From contig CAWBNQ010000008.1 in NCBI GenBank assembly GCA_963790205.1, positions 160,001 to 224,000 of the forward strand: a DNA stretch of 64,000 nucleotides, in the 5' to 3' direction. Positions within the stretch are counted from its first letter, which is position 1. Every line of letters starts with the position of its first letter. A program made the position numbers and the translations under genes. This document shows positions 21,248-30,748 of this stretch, piece after piece. The notes under the pieces are model-generated. The model worked only from the letters and a program-made list of their open reading frames with translations, ran no database searches and was not told where the DNA came from. This stretch comes from Nitrospirota bacterium. Its GTDB lineage: Bacteria; Nitrospirota; UBA9217.

Positions 21248-21763
21248 TCAGCGTGATCGCGTTCTCCTGGATCCTGGCTTCACCGGCCTGTTCACTTCCG
21301 GGGAAAGAAGAAGCCGGGGAGGGATGTTTTGTGCACCGAGGATGCCCGCCATTTGATCCAGCCCCTCATTGATATTTACCAGTTTGTTCGTGTTCAGCTT
21401 TTCAAGCCCTGCGACCAGGAGGCCTTGTGCCACTTCCGGCGCTTTCTTGACTAAGGCCCGGCCCTGTCGGGTTAGTTCCACTCTCACCACGCGGCGGTCT
21501 TCTGTCGAACGTATGCGTATGACCAGACCTTGTTTTTCAAGACGGTCCAGAATGCCGACCACCGTGGCAGGGTGAAGGTACATGCGCCGCGCGATCTCCG
21601 AGACCATGATAGGGGCCTCCTGAGCTATGGTCTTGATCGCCCAGAGCTGGGGGCCCGTCAGGCCTGTCGCATGCTCAGCTTTCTTTGATTGTTCATTGAC
21701 GACGTGAAATACCCGGCGCAGGTTGTCGATGATTTCCGCGACCGTATCAGATCTCTTGCTCAA
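21248..21763 (-). CDS. MarR family transcriptional regulator
   Basis: LTGPQLW and TVVGILDRLEKQGLVIR...DRRVVRVELT. Confidence 0.93.
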   Translation of the reverse strand: MSKRSDTVAEIIDNLRRVFHVVNEQSKKAEHATGLTGPQLWAIKTIAQEAPIMVSEIARRMYLHPATVVGILDRLEKQGLVIRIRSTEDRRVVRVELTRQGRALVKKAPEVAQGLLVAGLEKLNTNKLVNINEGLDQMAGILGAQNIPPRLLLSPEVNRPVKPGSRRTRSR

Positions 21764-21786
21764 GAAAGGACCTCCTCAAAACGGGC

Positions 21787-21848
21787 TTGACAAACAGGCG
21801 GCGAAGTGCTAATTAATTGGTATGCAAACTATTTTAGCACATACAATA
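21787..21848 (+). promoter_or_regulatory. Sigma70-type promoter with overlapping imperfect palindromes (probable MarR operator)
   Basis: TTGACA(21787)-17 bp-TAATTA with TG extension; TTGGTATGCAAACTAT and GTGCTAA...TTAGCAC inverted repeats in the divergent intergenic region. Confidence 0.5.
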
Positions 21849-21970
21849 TGGATTGCAAATAAAAAATATTGATCCAGTAAACTAAATGGCGGCTTTCGTG
21901 TCTTATATTATGGAGAGCAGGAAGCAATAAAAATGCTGAACGGCTCCGCAAAGAGAAAGAAGGCCGAAGA

Positions 21971-22237
21971 ATGAAACTGAATGTAAAGGCATTCGCCCTG
22001 ATGTGCGGTATAGTGTGGGGCGTCGGACTGTTCGCTCTTACGTGGTGGATTATGGCTTTTGATGGAGCGACGCACGAAGTTACCCTCATTGGCCGACTAT
22101 ACCGTGGATACAATATAAGTCCTCTCGGCAGTGTTGTCGGGCTCGTTTATGGTTTCTTCGACGCATTGGTCGGCGGTGCGATAATGGCATGGCTTTACAA
22201 CTTCATCGTTGAACGCTCCGGGAACAAAGAACCATAG
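21971..22237 (+). CDS. Small 2-TM membrane protein (family often labelled 'bacteriophage holin')
   Basis: MKLNVKAFAL...YRGY..S..GS.VGL.YGF.D...G...AWLYN; no phage genes nearby. Confidence 0.7.
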   Translation: MKLNVKAFALMCGIVWGVGLFALTWWIMAFDGATHEVTLIGRLYRGYNISPLGSVVGLVYGFFDALVGGAIMAWLYNFIVERSGNKEP

Positions 22238-22473
22238 TTTGCCCAGTTTAGACGCCCTCATAAGGACCCTCTCGTAGCATAGGGTCCTGAGAGTATCCTC
22301 TGAAAAATGACAGTGCGGGAGGTGACATCCATGAAATATGGTTAAAAGGTTAAATTCGGCGTCACTCCGAAATATAAATATAATATATCACGATAGTCAT
22401 GGCCACAAGCAGTATTATCCCTAAAAGAACGAACCATCAATTAATCACAATTAACCAATGGAGGAGCATCGAC

Positions 22474-23010
22474 ATGAATCGCAGAAGCCTACTGTATCTA
22501 TCATTTATCTTACTGGCTGGCATTGTTACCTTGTGGGGCTGTCCGAAAAAGGCGGAAGTGACAACGGCGCCGGAAGCGCAAACGCAGACGGAAAAAGCAA
22601 CATCGCCCGCGACGTCGGCTCCGGCGACAGAAGCTACGACAGTCGAAACGAATGAAAAGGCGGAGTTGACGGCGGAAGGTCTCAAGCCTATTTATTTCGA
22701 TTTTGATAAATCCTTTATTCGCGCAGACGCGATGGATTTGATGAAGGCGAACGCCGAATGGTTGAAAATCCATCCGAAGGCGAAAATAAAGATCGAAGGG
22801 AATTGCGACGAACGGGGGACGAAAGAGTACAACCAGGCGCTCGGTCAGCGGCGTGCAGCGAGCGCAAAAAAATATCTGGCCGATATGGGGGTCTCGGGAC
22901 GCCGGATTTCTCTCATCAGCTATGGCAAGGAAAAACCGATTTGCAGCGAACACGAGGAATCCTGCTGGCAGAAGAACCGGCGCGATGATTTCGTTGTTGT
23001 GGGAGAATAG
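22474..23010 (+). CDS. pal: Peptidoglycan-associated lipoprotein
   Basis: Lipobox LWGC; IYFDFDKS, IEGNCDERGT.EYN.ALG.RRA, SYGKEKP and KNRR. Confidence 0.93.
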   Translation: MNRRSLLYLSFILLAGIVTLWGCPKKAEVTTAPEAQTQTEKATSPATSAPATEATTVETNEKAELTAEGLKPIYFDFDKSFIRADAMDLMKANAEWLKIHPKAKIKIEGNCDERGTKEYNQALGQRRAASAKKYLADMGVSGRRISLISYGKEKPICSEHEESCWQKNRRDDFVVVGE

Positions 23011-23172
23011 GCGAGCTTGGGCGGAACTCCCGATTCGACAGATAGATCAAAAGAGGTGAGGCAGAGACCGCCTCGTTCGAAAAAACGCGTCGAAAATCAT
23101 CGGAACGGAGAATCGGAGGAGTTGCATGTATCTTCCCGGCTGTTTCTGATGCAATATGTGTTTTATTTTGAC

Positions 23173-23210
23173 GGGCGCCGGAGGTTATGTCTTTTCGGCG
23201 CCCTTTTTTT
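23173..23210 (+). terminator. Rho-independent terminator
   Basis: GGGCGCCG...CGGCGCCC stem followed by T7. Confidence 0.75.
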
Positions 23211-23254
23211 CGCTCTTGTTAAGCGATAACAACCAAGTAAGGACGGCCCACTGC

Positions 23255-25030
23255 GTGTTTAACTATATCAAGGTGAAATCTCTGCAGGTCTACCGCATGG
23301 CGGCAGGCCTGCGCACGGACGAGGGGACGTTCCTGATCGTATCCTCGGCGATCGTCGGTGTTCTCGGGGCCGCTGCCAATATCCTGTTTCGGTCATCCCT
23401 GCAGTTCGTCCATGATGTCGTTTTCGTGCACGGCTCGGAGCTGCTCGGCATCGCGGGGGGCGGATGGCGCCGCATGCTGCTCCCGTTGCTGCCGATGGCG
23501 GGCGCGCTCCTGCTGATACCGCTTTCAGTCCTTTTCCCGGGAGAGGTAAACGGATACGGCTTCGCCAAGTTCCTCGAAACGGTGAACATCAAGGGCGGTT
23601 TTTTGAAATTCAGGAACATCATTCTCAAGACCATCGCGCCGGCCCTGACGATCGGGTCCGGCGGCTCGGCGGGCGTCGAAGGTCCGATCGCCATTATCGG
23701 CGGCACCGTGGGTTCCACGGTTGGTCGCTTCTTCAAAACGTCGGGGAACCGCACGAAGCTCCTGATCGCGGCAGGTTCGGCGGCCGCAATTGCGGCCACG
23801 TTCAATGCCCCGATCGCGGGCGTCATGTTTGCAACCGAGATCGTGCTGCTGGGAGATTACGAGATCGCGTCGTTCGCCGCCATTGTTATCGCGTCGGGGA
23901 TCGCCACGGTCGTTTCCCGCGCTTACTACGGGGCCACCCCGGCCTTCATCGTGCCGCAGTACGACCTGGTGAGCATCTTCGAACTTCCCCTTTACCTGGT
24001 CCTGGGGCTGATCATCGGTTTTACGTCCGTTTTCTACATCCGCACCTTCTATCGCCTGAAAGACGAGTTCGAAGCCTTAAAAATACATCCCCAGTTGAGG
24101 CCCGTCCTAGGCGCCTTTCTGGTGGGATGTCTCGGCATCTTCCTGCCTCAGATCATGGGCAACGGCTACGAATTCATCGAAAAAGCGCTGCACGAAAACA
24201 TGCTGTTCCCGGTCCTCATCCTGCTCGTTTTTTTCAAGGTCCTGGCCACCTCGATCACGCTCGGGTCCGGCGGGGCAGGGGGCGTTTTCGCGCCGGCGCT
24301 CTTCATCGGGGCAATGACCGGAGGCAGTTTCGGGTACGTGGTGCATGCGCTGTTTCCTCATTCGACGGCGACTCCCGGCGCCTATGCGACCGTCGGCATC
24401 GGAGCGTTCCTTGCCGCCGCCACCCACGCGCCGCTGACCGGTATTTTCCTCCTGTTCGAAATGACGGGGAACTACAAGATCATCGTGCCCCTCATGTTCA
24501 GCGCCATCATCGGGACCCTGATCGCAAAACGGCTGTACCATGACTCCATCGACACCGCCGAGCTCACCCGGAAGGGTATCGCGCTCCACGCCGGGAAAGA
24601 GAAATCCATCATGGGCCGCATCAAGGTCGCTGACGTCATGGTTCCCAAGGTCGTGACGGTCGCCCCTGAGACGCCCCTTCACCGGCTGATCGAAATCATG
24701 GTCGAAGAGGAACGGTTCTATATTCCCGTCGTCGATTCCGCCGGCGAGATGGCGGGAATCGTGTCCATCCACGACGTACGGCCGGTCCTTCTCGAAGAGC
24801 GAGTGACGCATATCGTGAACGCGGGAGACATCGCAACGACAGACGTAATCGTGCTCGCGCCCGAGGACGATCTCAACACGGCCATGGAGAAGTTGTCCGT
24901 GAAGGACATTGAGGAAATCCCCGTAGTGGACCGGAGAGGGTCGAAAAGAATCGTCGGCATGGTGAAGCGCAGAGACGTAATCGACGTCTATAATCGGGAA
25001 GTCCTGAAAAGAGAGAGCGGACTGAAGTAG
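23255..25030 (+). CDS. Second ClC chloride channel/transporter with CBS pair
   Basis: GYGFAK, GVEGP and GGVFAPALFIG motifs; CBS domains; start uncertain (GTG 23255 or ATG 23297). Confidence 0.9.
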   Translation: MFNYIKVKSLQVYRMAAGLRTDEGTFLIVSSAIVGVLGAAANILFRSSLQFVHDVVFVHGSELLGIAGGGWRRMLLPLLPMAGALLLIPLSVLFPGEVNGYGFAKFLETVNIKGGFLKFRNIILKTIAPALTIGSGGSAGVEGPIAIIGGTVGSTVGRFFKTSGNRTKLLIAAGSAAAIAATFNAPIAGVMFATEIVLLGDYEIASFAAIVIASGIATVVSRAYYGATPAFIVPQYDLVSIFELPLYLVLGLIIGFTSVFYIRTFYRLKDEFEALKIHPQLRPVLGAFLVGCLGIFLPQIMGNGYEFIEKALHENMLFPVLILLVFFKVLATSITLGSGGAGGVFAPALFIGAMTGGSFGYVVHALFPHSTATPGAYATVGIGAFLAAATHAPLTGIFLLFEMTGNYKIIVPLMFSAIIGTLIAKRLYHDSIDTAELTRKGIALHAGKEKSIMGRIKVADVMVPKVVTVAPETPLHRLIEIMVEEERFYIPVVDSAGEMAGIVSIHDVRPVLLEERVTHIVNAGDIATTDVIVLAPEDDLNTAMEKLSVKDIEEIPVVDRRGSKRIVGMVKRRDVIDVYNREVLKRESGLK

Positions 25031-25242
25031 CCGGCTGACGTGCTTCGTTTCGGACTTCTCTTGATAGTATACCGGGAACAAAAGGAGGCCGCCGGCCGCT
25101 GTGCGGGCCAACCCTCCCGGAGCGTAAAGCTGATACTTTTGATCATTATTTCCCGCTTTTATATCCTCTATGGTCAAAATATTCAAACGCACTTGTTGAA
25201 TAGGATTATTTTACGCGTTCGTTACCGCGTGCTCCTTTTTAC

Positions 25243-25300
25243 ACAGGCTTGACAAAGCCTGTATTTTCCCTTGACATTGCCCACCCATTTGTTGTAAATT
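25243..25300 (+). promoter_or_regulatory. Putative promoter of Ehr operon 1 with an upstream operator-like palindrome
   Basis: Perfect inverted repeat ACAGGCTT-GACA-AAGCCTGT (25243-25262); TTGACA(25271)-18 bp-TAAATT. Confidence 0.5.
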
Positions 25301-25321
25301 CTTTTCGTTTTGCGTTTTTCT

Positions 25322-25412
25322 GGAGCACGACCTCATCGCCCGAAAGTCGGAAAGGTCGTCGGACTTTGAAAATTAAGATTGCTTCTTAATCGCGTGCATG
25401 GTTCGGGCGTGC
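25322..25412 (+). ncRNA. Candidate structured cis-regulatory 5' leader (unassigned)
   Basis: Four complementary pairs within 90 nt, including crossed (pseudoknot) pairings; see findings. Confidence 0.35.
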
Positions 25413-25450
25413 GGTTGGCGAGTTAAGATCATTCCGGTCTTTTAATAAAC

Positions 25451-27442
25451 ATGGATGTAGCGAGTATGTTTTCTATAGGCAGTATCTGTTTTATTTTCGG
25501 CGCAGCCGTTTCACAGCTTCCGCTCTCGAAAGTACGAAACTTCAGCTATCTCTTCCCCTTGATCGGCGCGCTCCTCTTCCTCGCCGCAGGCGTGGGCCTT
25601 CTCGTTCCCCCTTTTTTTACCGGCGCGGCCGTTCCCGTATCATCCTTCTTCAGCTTCGCCTTCTCGGGCGACGCGCTCTCGGGTTTTTTTGTCGTCCTTA
25701 TATCGCTTATCACCATTGCCGTTTCGCTCTACTCCATCGGTTTTACCCGGGGGATCAAAAACGCCGGCTCCATGGGGTTCTTCTATAACTTCCTTATCCT
25801 GAGCATGTACGGCGTGGTCCTTTCCGCGAACATCTTCACCTTCCTCGTGTCCTGGGAGACCATGGCCGTGGCCTCATACTTCCTCGTGGTCCATGAGCGG
25901 AACGAGGAGACGGCAAAAGCGGGCCTCTTTACCGTGGCGATGACCCACATCGGAACGGCCTTCATCATCGGCCTCTTCCTGGTGCTCTCGCACTACACGG
26001 GCAGCATGGATTTCGTATCCATGCGGCTGGCCGCCGCGAATCTGCCGCAAGGCGTCAGGTCCCTGGTCTTCATTTTCGCCGTCATCGGCTTCGGCACCAA
26101 GGCGGGCATCATCCCGCTCCACACCTGGATACCCCGGGCCTATCCTGTTGCGCCTTCGAACATTACGCCCCTCATGTCGGCCGTCATGATCAAGATCGCG
26201 GTGTACGGCTTCCTGCGGATCGCCCTGGACGTACTGGGTCCGGGGCCCGAGTGGTGGGGAATAGCGGTCATCGCGATCGGGGCCGTCTCGGCGGTCCTGG
26301 GCATCCTCTATGCGATCATGGAGAACGACCTCAAGGTCTTTCTCGCCTATTCGAGCGTGGAGAACGTCGGGATCATGCTTCTTGGCATCGGCGCGTCCAT
26401 GGTGTTCCGGAGCAGCGGGCTGCTCGTCCTCTCCGGCTTCGCCCTTGCGGCGGCGCTCTACCATGCCATGAACCACGCCCTCTTCAAAGGCCTTCTGTTC
26501 ATGGGGGCGGGCTCGGTCGTCAGCGCCACGCGGACAAGAAACATGGAGAAACTGGGCGGGCTCCTTAAACTCATGCCCTACACCGGCTTCTTTTTTCTCC
26601 TGGGGGCCCTTGCCATCACAGCCCTTCCGCCCCTGAACGGATTTGTGAGCGAATGGCTCACGTATCAGTCTCTTCTTCTCGGTTTCAAGTCCACCTCCGT
26701 TGTTGCGAAGATAGTCTTGCCGCTGGGCGGAGCGGCCCTGGCGCTCACCGGTGCGATCGTTGCCGCGGGCTTCGTCAAGACCTTCGGCACAACTTTCCTC
26801 GGGAAGGCGCGGAGCGAACACGCAACTTCGGTCAACGAGTCCCCGTCCTGGATGGTCCTTGGCATGGCGCTCCTCGCGCTTCTCTGTATCGTCTTCGGCG
26901 TCTTCCCGCAGGTCCCTATCGCGCTCCTCGGACCGGCTGTCTTTACCATCACGGGATCAAGCCTTGAGCTGCACCAGAACGGTATCCTGATGACGCCCGG
27001 GACCGCCGGATCACTTTCGACCACTGCGCTCGCCGCGGTCATGGCGCTGATATTCGTCGCTGCGGTCGTTTTCGTGAGGCTCTCTGGCGGCAGGAGAAAA
27101 ACTGTGTATGCCGACTCCTGGGACTGCGGCATACCGGGGCTTTCGCCCCGCATGCAGTATACGGCCACGGCGTTTACCAAGCCGCTTCGCATCATCTATA
27201 AAAGGATCTATCTCCCCAGCAGGGACCTCAAGGTATCGTATCTGATCAAACCGTTCTTCGTGAAATCCATTCGCTATGGCGGCGAGATCACGCCGTTTTT
27301 CGAGCGGTACGTGTACGAGCCGGTCACGAGCTCCGTTCAGACGCTTGCGGGAAAGGTGAAGCTGCTCCAGTCCGGGAGCCTGCAGCTCTATTTGGGGTAT
27401 ATACTGATAACGCTGATAGTGCTTTTGATCTTTGGAACATAA
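25451..27442 (+). CDS. hyfB: Ehr/hydrogenase-4 membrane subunit, HyfB-like (antiporter-like), copy 1
   Basis: SWETM, GTKAGIIPLHTW, LAYSSVENVG, NHALFKGLLF, PPLNGFVSEW and WDCG...MQYT. Confidence 0.88.
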   Translation: MDVASMFSIGSICFIFGAAVSQLPLSKVRNFSYLFPLIGALLFLAAGVGLLVPPFFTGAAVPVSSFFSFAFSGDALSGFFVVLISLITIAVSLYSIGFTRGIKNAGSMGFFYNFLILSMYGVVLSANIFTFLVSWETMAVASYFLVVHERNEETAKAGLFTVAMTHIGTAFIIGLFLVLSHYTGSMDFVSMRLAAANLPQGVRSLVFIFAVIGFGTKAGIIPLHTWIPRAYPVAPSNITPLMSAVMIKIAVYGFLRIALDVLGPGPEWWGIAVIAIGAVSAVLGILYAIMENDLKVFLAYSSVENVGIMLLGIGASMVFRSSGLLVLSGFALAAALYHAMNHALFKGLLFMGAGSVVSATRTRNMEKLGGLLKLMPYTGFFFLLGALAITALPPLNGFVSEWLTYQSLLLGFKSTSVVAKIVLPLGGAALALTGAIVAAGFVKTFGTTFLGKARSEHATSVNESPSWMVLGMALLALLCIVFGVFPQVPIALLGPAVFTITGSSLELHQNGILMTPGTAGSLSTTALAAVMALIFVAAVVFVRLSGGRRKTVYADSWDCGIPGLSPRMQYTATAFTKPLRIIYKRIYLPSRDLKVSYLIKPFFVKSIRYGGEITPFFERYVYEPVTSSVQTLAGKVKLLQSGSLQLYLGYILITLIVLLIFGT

Positions 27443-27454
27443 GGGGAATGTATA

Positions 27455-27589
27455 TATATCAATATCTAACTCCGACATCCTAAGTAATATCAAATTATCA
27501 ATAGACCGATGTTTTAAATCGTTTTGGATTTTGGATTTCACTCCTTGCTCTTTAGGGATTTAGAGTTTCGATATTAAAATTTAGGATTT
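27455..27589. repeat. Degenerate palindromic heptamer-repeat element (ATTT(T/C)GG/ATTTAGG type)
   Basis: aatatctaactccgacatcctaa arm versus ttttggattttggattt...tttagggatttagagtttcgatatt...ttaggattt arm; resembles 36918-37036. Confidence 0.55.
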
Positions 27590-27599
27590 GATTTTCTTC

Positions 27600-28517
27600 A
27601 TGGATAAATTTCAGTTTCTCATAATCGTCCTCTTCTCGCCCCTGGTGAACGGGGTGATCAAGAAGCTCAAGGCGAACATGCAGGGCCGCAAGGGCCCCAG
27701 CGTGCTGCAGGCCTACTACGACCTCATGCGTCTTTTCAAGAAGGACATGGTGGTCTCCAACGTCACGTCGTGGGTATTCAAGGTCACGCCCTATATCGTA
27801 TTTATCGCGACCATTACCGCTGCCGTGATCGTTCCCGTGACTACCGCGAGGTCTGCTTACGGCATGATGGGCGATGTGATCGCCCTTATTTATATTTTCG
27901 CCCTGGCCCGCTTCTTCATGGCCCTTGCCGGGCTTGACGCCGGCACGGCCTTCGGAGGCGAGGGGAGCAGCAGGGAAATGACCGTTGCGATCCTTGTCGA
28001 GCCCATGATGATGCTCGCGCTCTTTACCGCCGCCATAGCCGCGGGATCAACGAATATTGCGAGCATCGCCGGAGCGCGGGGGGCCGGCTTCTCTCCATCG
28101 CATCTGCTCGCTCTTGCTGCATTCATGGTGGCCATCATCGCGGAGACGGGGAGGGTGCCGGTGGACAACCCGGACACGCATCTCGAGCTCACCATGATCC
28201 ACGAAGGCATGGTCCTGGAATATTCGGGCCGGTACCTGGCGCTCATGGAATGGGCGCATTATATCAAGCAGATGGTCCTCTTCACCCTGGCGGTCGACAT
28301 ATTTTTCCCTTTTGGGATCGCCCGTGACTCCGGCACCTCGGGACTTGCTCTATCGCTTGGAGCTTATGTTGCCAAGATGTTCGGCATGGCCTTCCTGATG
28401 GCCTTGGTGGAGTCCACACGCGCTAAGGTCAGGTTCTTCCAGCTTCCGTCGATCCTCGGCGGGGCCTTTGTGCTCGCGTCCTTGTCGTTGGTCACGTACA
28501 TCATGATGGGGAAGTAA
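27600..28517 (+). CDS. hyfC: HyfC/NuoH-like membrane subunit, copy 1
   Basis: QGRKGP, GSSREM, ETGRVPVDNP.THLELTMIHE and EYSG. Confidence 0.9.
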   Translation: MDKFQFLIIVLFSPLVNGVIKKLKANMQGRKGPSVLQAYYDLMRLFKKDMVVSNVTSWVFKVTPYIVFIATITAAVIVPVTTARSAYGMMGDVIALIYIFALARFFMALAGLDAGTAFGGEGSSREMTVAILVEPMMMLALFTAAIAAGSTNIASIAGARGAGFSPSHLLALAAFMVAIIAETGRVPVDNPDTHLELTMIHEGMVLEYSGRYLALMEWAHYIKQMVLFTLAVDIFFPFGIARDSGTSGLALSLGAYVAKMFGMAFLMALVESTRAKVRFFQLPSILGGAFVLASLSLVTYIMMGK

Positions 28518-28552
28518 ACGACTGCTTCGCATGTCGAAAGGAGCGCAGCGAC

Positions 28553-29212
28553 ATGAAATCCTGGATTGAGGCTTTTTCGATCATTGACTTCATTTCCGTC
28601 GGCATTCTTCTGACGGCCGTGACTTTGAACGCCTTCAAGAGCATCGAGTCTTACGTGACGGCGTATACGATCAATTCCTGGCTCCTGTCGAGTCTGATCG
28701 CCGTGGTGGCGGTACTCGTGGGCGAGACGCACCTCTACGTCGCCGCGCTGCTCACGCTTGCGACCAAAGGGATCCTTATCCCGCTTTTCCTGCGGCGGAT
28801 CGTGCGTCAGATGCGGGTGACCCATGAGGTGCAGCCCTACATAAGCAATTCGCTGTCGCTGGCCATATCGGGAATTCTCGTGGCCGTGGTGTACGCGTCG
28901 CTCAAAGAAGGGATCTTTGTTACGGGTTTTTCCCGGAACGTGCTCCAGATTTCCATCGCCGTGATCCTCATCAGTCTTTTCATCATGATCACGAGAAAAA
29001 AAGCGCTGACGCTGGTGGTGGGGCTTTTGTTCATGGAGAACGGGCTTTTTCTGGCAGGGTTTTCGCTGACCTTCGGCATGCCGACGATCATCGAACTAGG
29101 CGTGCTGTTCGACATGCTCATGGGCGTCATCATCCTGGGGATCTTCGCCGTCCAGATCAAGCGGGCCTTTGCCTCGGCCGACCTGGACAAGCTGACGGTG
29201 TTGAAAGGCTAG
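28553..29212 (+). CDS. hyfE: HyfE-like membrane subunit, copy 1
   Basis: KGILIP, MENG, GMP.IIELG..FD and L..LKG. Confidence 0.88.
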   Translation: MKSWIEAFSIIDFISVGILLTAVTLNAFKSIESYVTAYTINSWLLSSLIAVVAVLVGETHLYVAALLTLATKGILIPLFLRRIVRQMRVTHEVQPYISNSLSLAISGILVAVVYASLKEGIFVTGFSRNVLQISIAVILISLFIMITRKKALTLVVGLLFMENGLFLAGFSLTFGMPTIIELGVLFDMLMGVIILGIFAVQIKRAFASADLDKLTVLKG

Positions 29213-29241
29213 TTTGGAGTTCGGAGTTCATAGTTCGGAGT
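29211..29241. repeat. Heptamer tandem repeat (AGTTCGG)x~4
   Basis: agtttggagttcggagttcatagttcggagt. Confidence 0.6.
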
Positions 29242-29257
29242 AGAGGAAAAGAATCAA

Positions 29258-30748
29258 GTGATTACCATATTGATCATACCGATCGTGACGGCCGTCCTAT
29301 GCTACGCGCTGAAGAAGGCGCGACTGACGGGCTACGTGAGCCTCGCCGGCGCCATTGCCCTCGCGGTCTCTGCCTGGCCGACCATCGCGGCATCGGTGTC
29401 CGCGCCGGTATCCGCAATGGGCGGCGCGTTCTCCATGGATGCGCTCTCGGGATATATCATGGGGCTTGTGATATTTCTGAGCCTTGCCTCGGCCATCTAT
29501 TCCATCAGCTACCTTGAGCACGAGCTCGAGACGGAGCTCATTGACCTCCGCGGGGTGCGGCGGTACTACGGCCTGCTGCATCTCTTCATCTTTACCATGC
29601 TCCTCGTGACGATGGCGAACAACCTGGCGATCATGTGGATCGGGATCGAGGCCACGACCATCGTGTCGGCGCTCCTCATCGGCCTCGGGTTCCACAAGCG
29701 GCCCCTGGCAGTCGAGGCCGCCTGGAAATACATCATCCTCTGCACCGTGGGCATCACCTTTGCGCTCCTCGGGACCTTCATCACCTATTACGCTTCTACG
29801 GCGGTCATGGGGACGGAGGGGGCGCTCAACTGGACCGTGCTCAGGACCGTTGCCCCGCGGCTCAATCCCGAGACCATGAAGCTCGCCTTCATCTTCGTGC
29901 TCGTGGGCTACGGCACCAAGGCAGGTCTGGCGCCGGTGCATAACTGGCTGCCTGACGCGCACAGCCAGGCGCCGAGTCCCATCAGCGCCTTGCTCTCCGG
30001 CATCCTCCTGAATACCGCATTTTACGGCATCATGCGCTTTGTATCGATCGTCGAACCGTCGACGGGAGAGGCGTTCACCGGCAACCTCTTGGTCATCTTC
30101 GGGCTCATCTCGGTTGGCATCGCCGCCATTTTCATTCTTGTCCAGGAGAACTACAAGCGGCTCCTTGCGTACAGCAGCATCGAACATATGGGCATCATCT
30201 CTCTTGGCGTCGGCATCGGCGGACCGATCGGCCTCTATGGAGCTCTCCTTCATATATTGAACCACGCGCTGTCAAAGCCGCTCATGTTCTTCGCCTCGGG
30301 CAAGATCCAGTCCCGTTTCGGGTCCCAGAACATCGCGAGCGTGAGGGGCGTGCTCACCTCCATGCCGCTCCTTGGCACGCTGACGTTCATCGGCGCTCTG
30401 TCGCTCTCGGGCACGCCGCCCTTTAACATCTTCGTGAGCGAATTCACGGTCCTCAAGGCGGGGGTGGACAAGGGAATGTGGACTGTCGTGGCTCTTTTCC
30501 TGCTTTTCGTGGTCATTGTGTTCTACGGAGTCCTGTCGGGGTTCGGGAAGATGTTGTTTGGAAAACCCGGTGATGCGGTCGGAAGCGGGACAGGTCATCA
30601 CCCCGCGCCTGCCCTGAGTCTCGGCCGCGTTCTCGGCAACGGCATCATGATCATCATGGCCCTCTCGGTCATCTTCATGGGTCTCAGAGTGCCCGGCTTT
30701 ATCGATGAGACGATCAAAACCTGCATTCAAGTACTTGGAGCAAAATGA
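29258..30748 (+). CDS. hyfF: HyfF-like antiporter-like subunit, copy 1
   Basis: EATT, EAAWKY, GYGTKAGLAP.H.WLPDAHSQAP and AYSSIEHMG. Confidence 0.9.
   Translation: MITILIIPIVTAVLCYALKKARLTGYVSLAGAIALAVSAWPTIAASVSAPVSAMGGAFSMDALSGYIMGLVIFLSLASAIYSISYLEHELETELIDLRGVRRYYGLLHLFIFTMLLVTMANNLAIMWIGIEATTIVSALLIGLGFHKRPLAVEAAWKYIILCTVGITFALLGTFITYYASTAVMGTEGALNWTVLRTVAPRLNPETMKLAFIFVLVGYGTKAGLAPVHNWLPDAHSQAPSPISALLSGILLNTAFYGIMRFVSIVEPSTGEAFTGNLLVIFGLISVGIAAIFILVQENYKRLLAYSSIEHMGIISLGVGIGGPIGLYGALLHILNHALSKPLMFFASGKIQSRFGSQNIASVRGVLTSMPLLGTLTFIGALSLSGTPPFNIFVSEFTVLKAGVDKGMWTVVALFLLFVVIVFYGVLSGFGKMLFGKPGDAVGSGTGHHPAPALSLGRVLGNGIMIIMALSVIFMGLRVPGFIDETIKTCIQVLGAK

Noticed and set aside
21971..22237. 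Prophage suggested by a holin-like ORF
   Set aside because: No endolysin, integrase or structural phage genes anywhere in the window.
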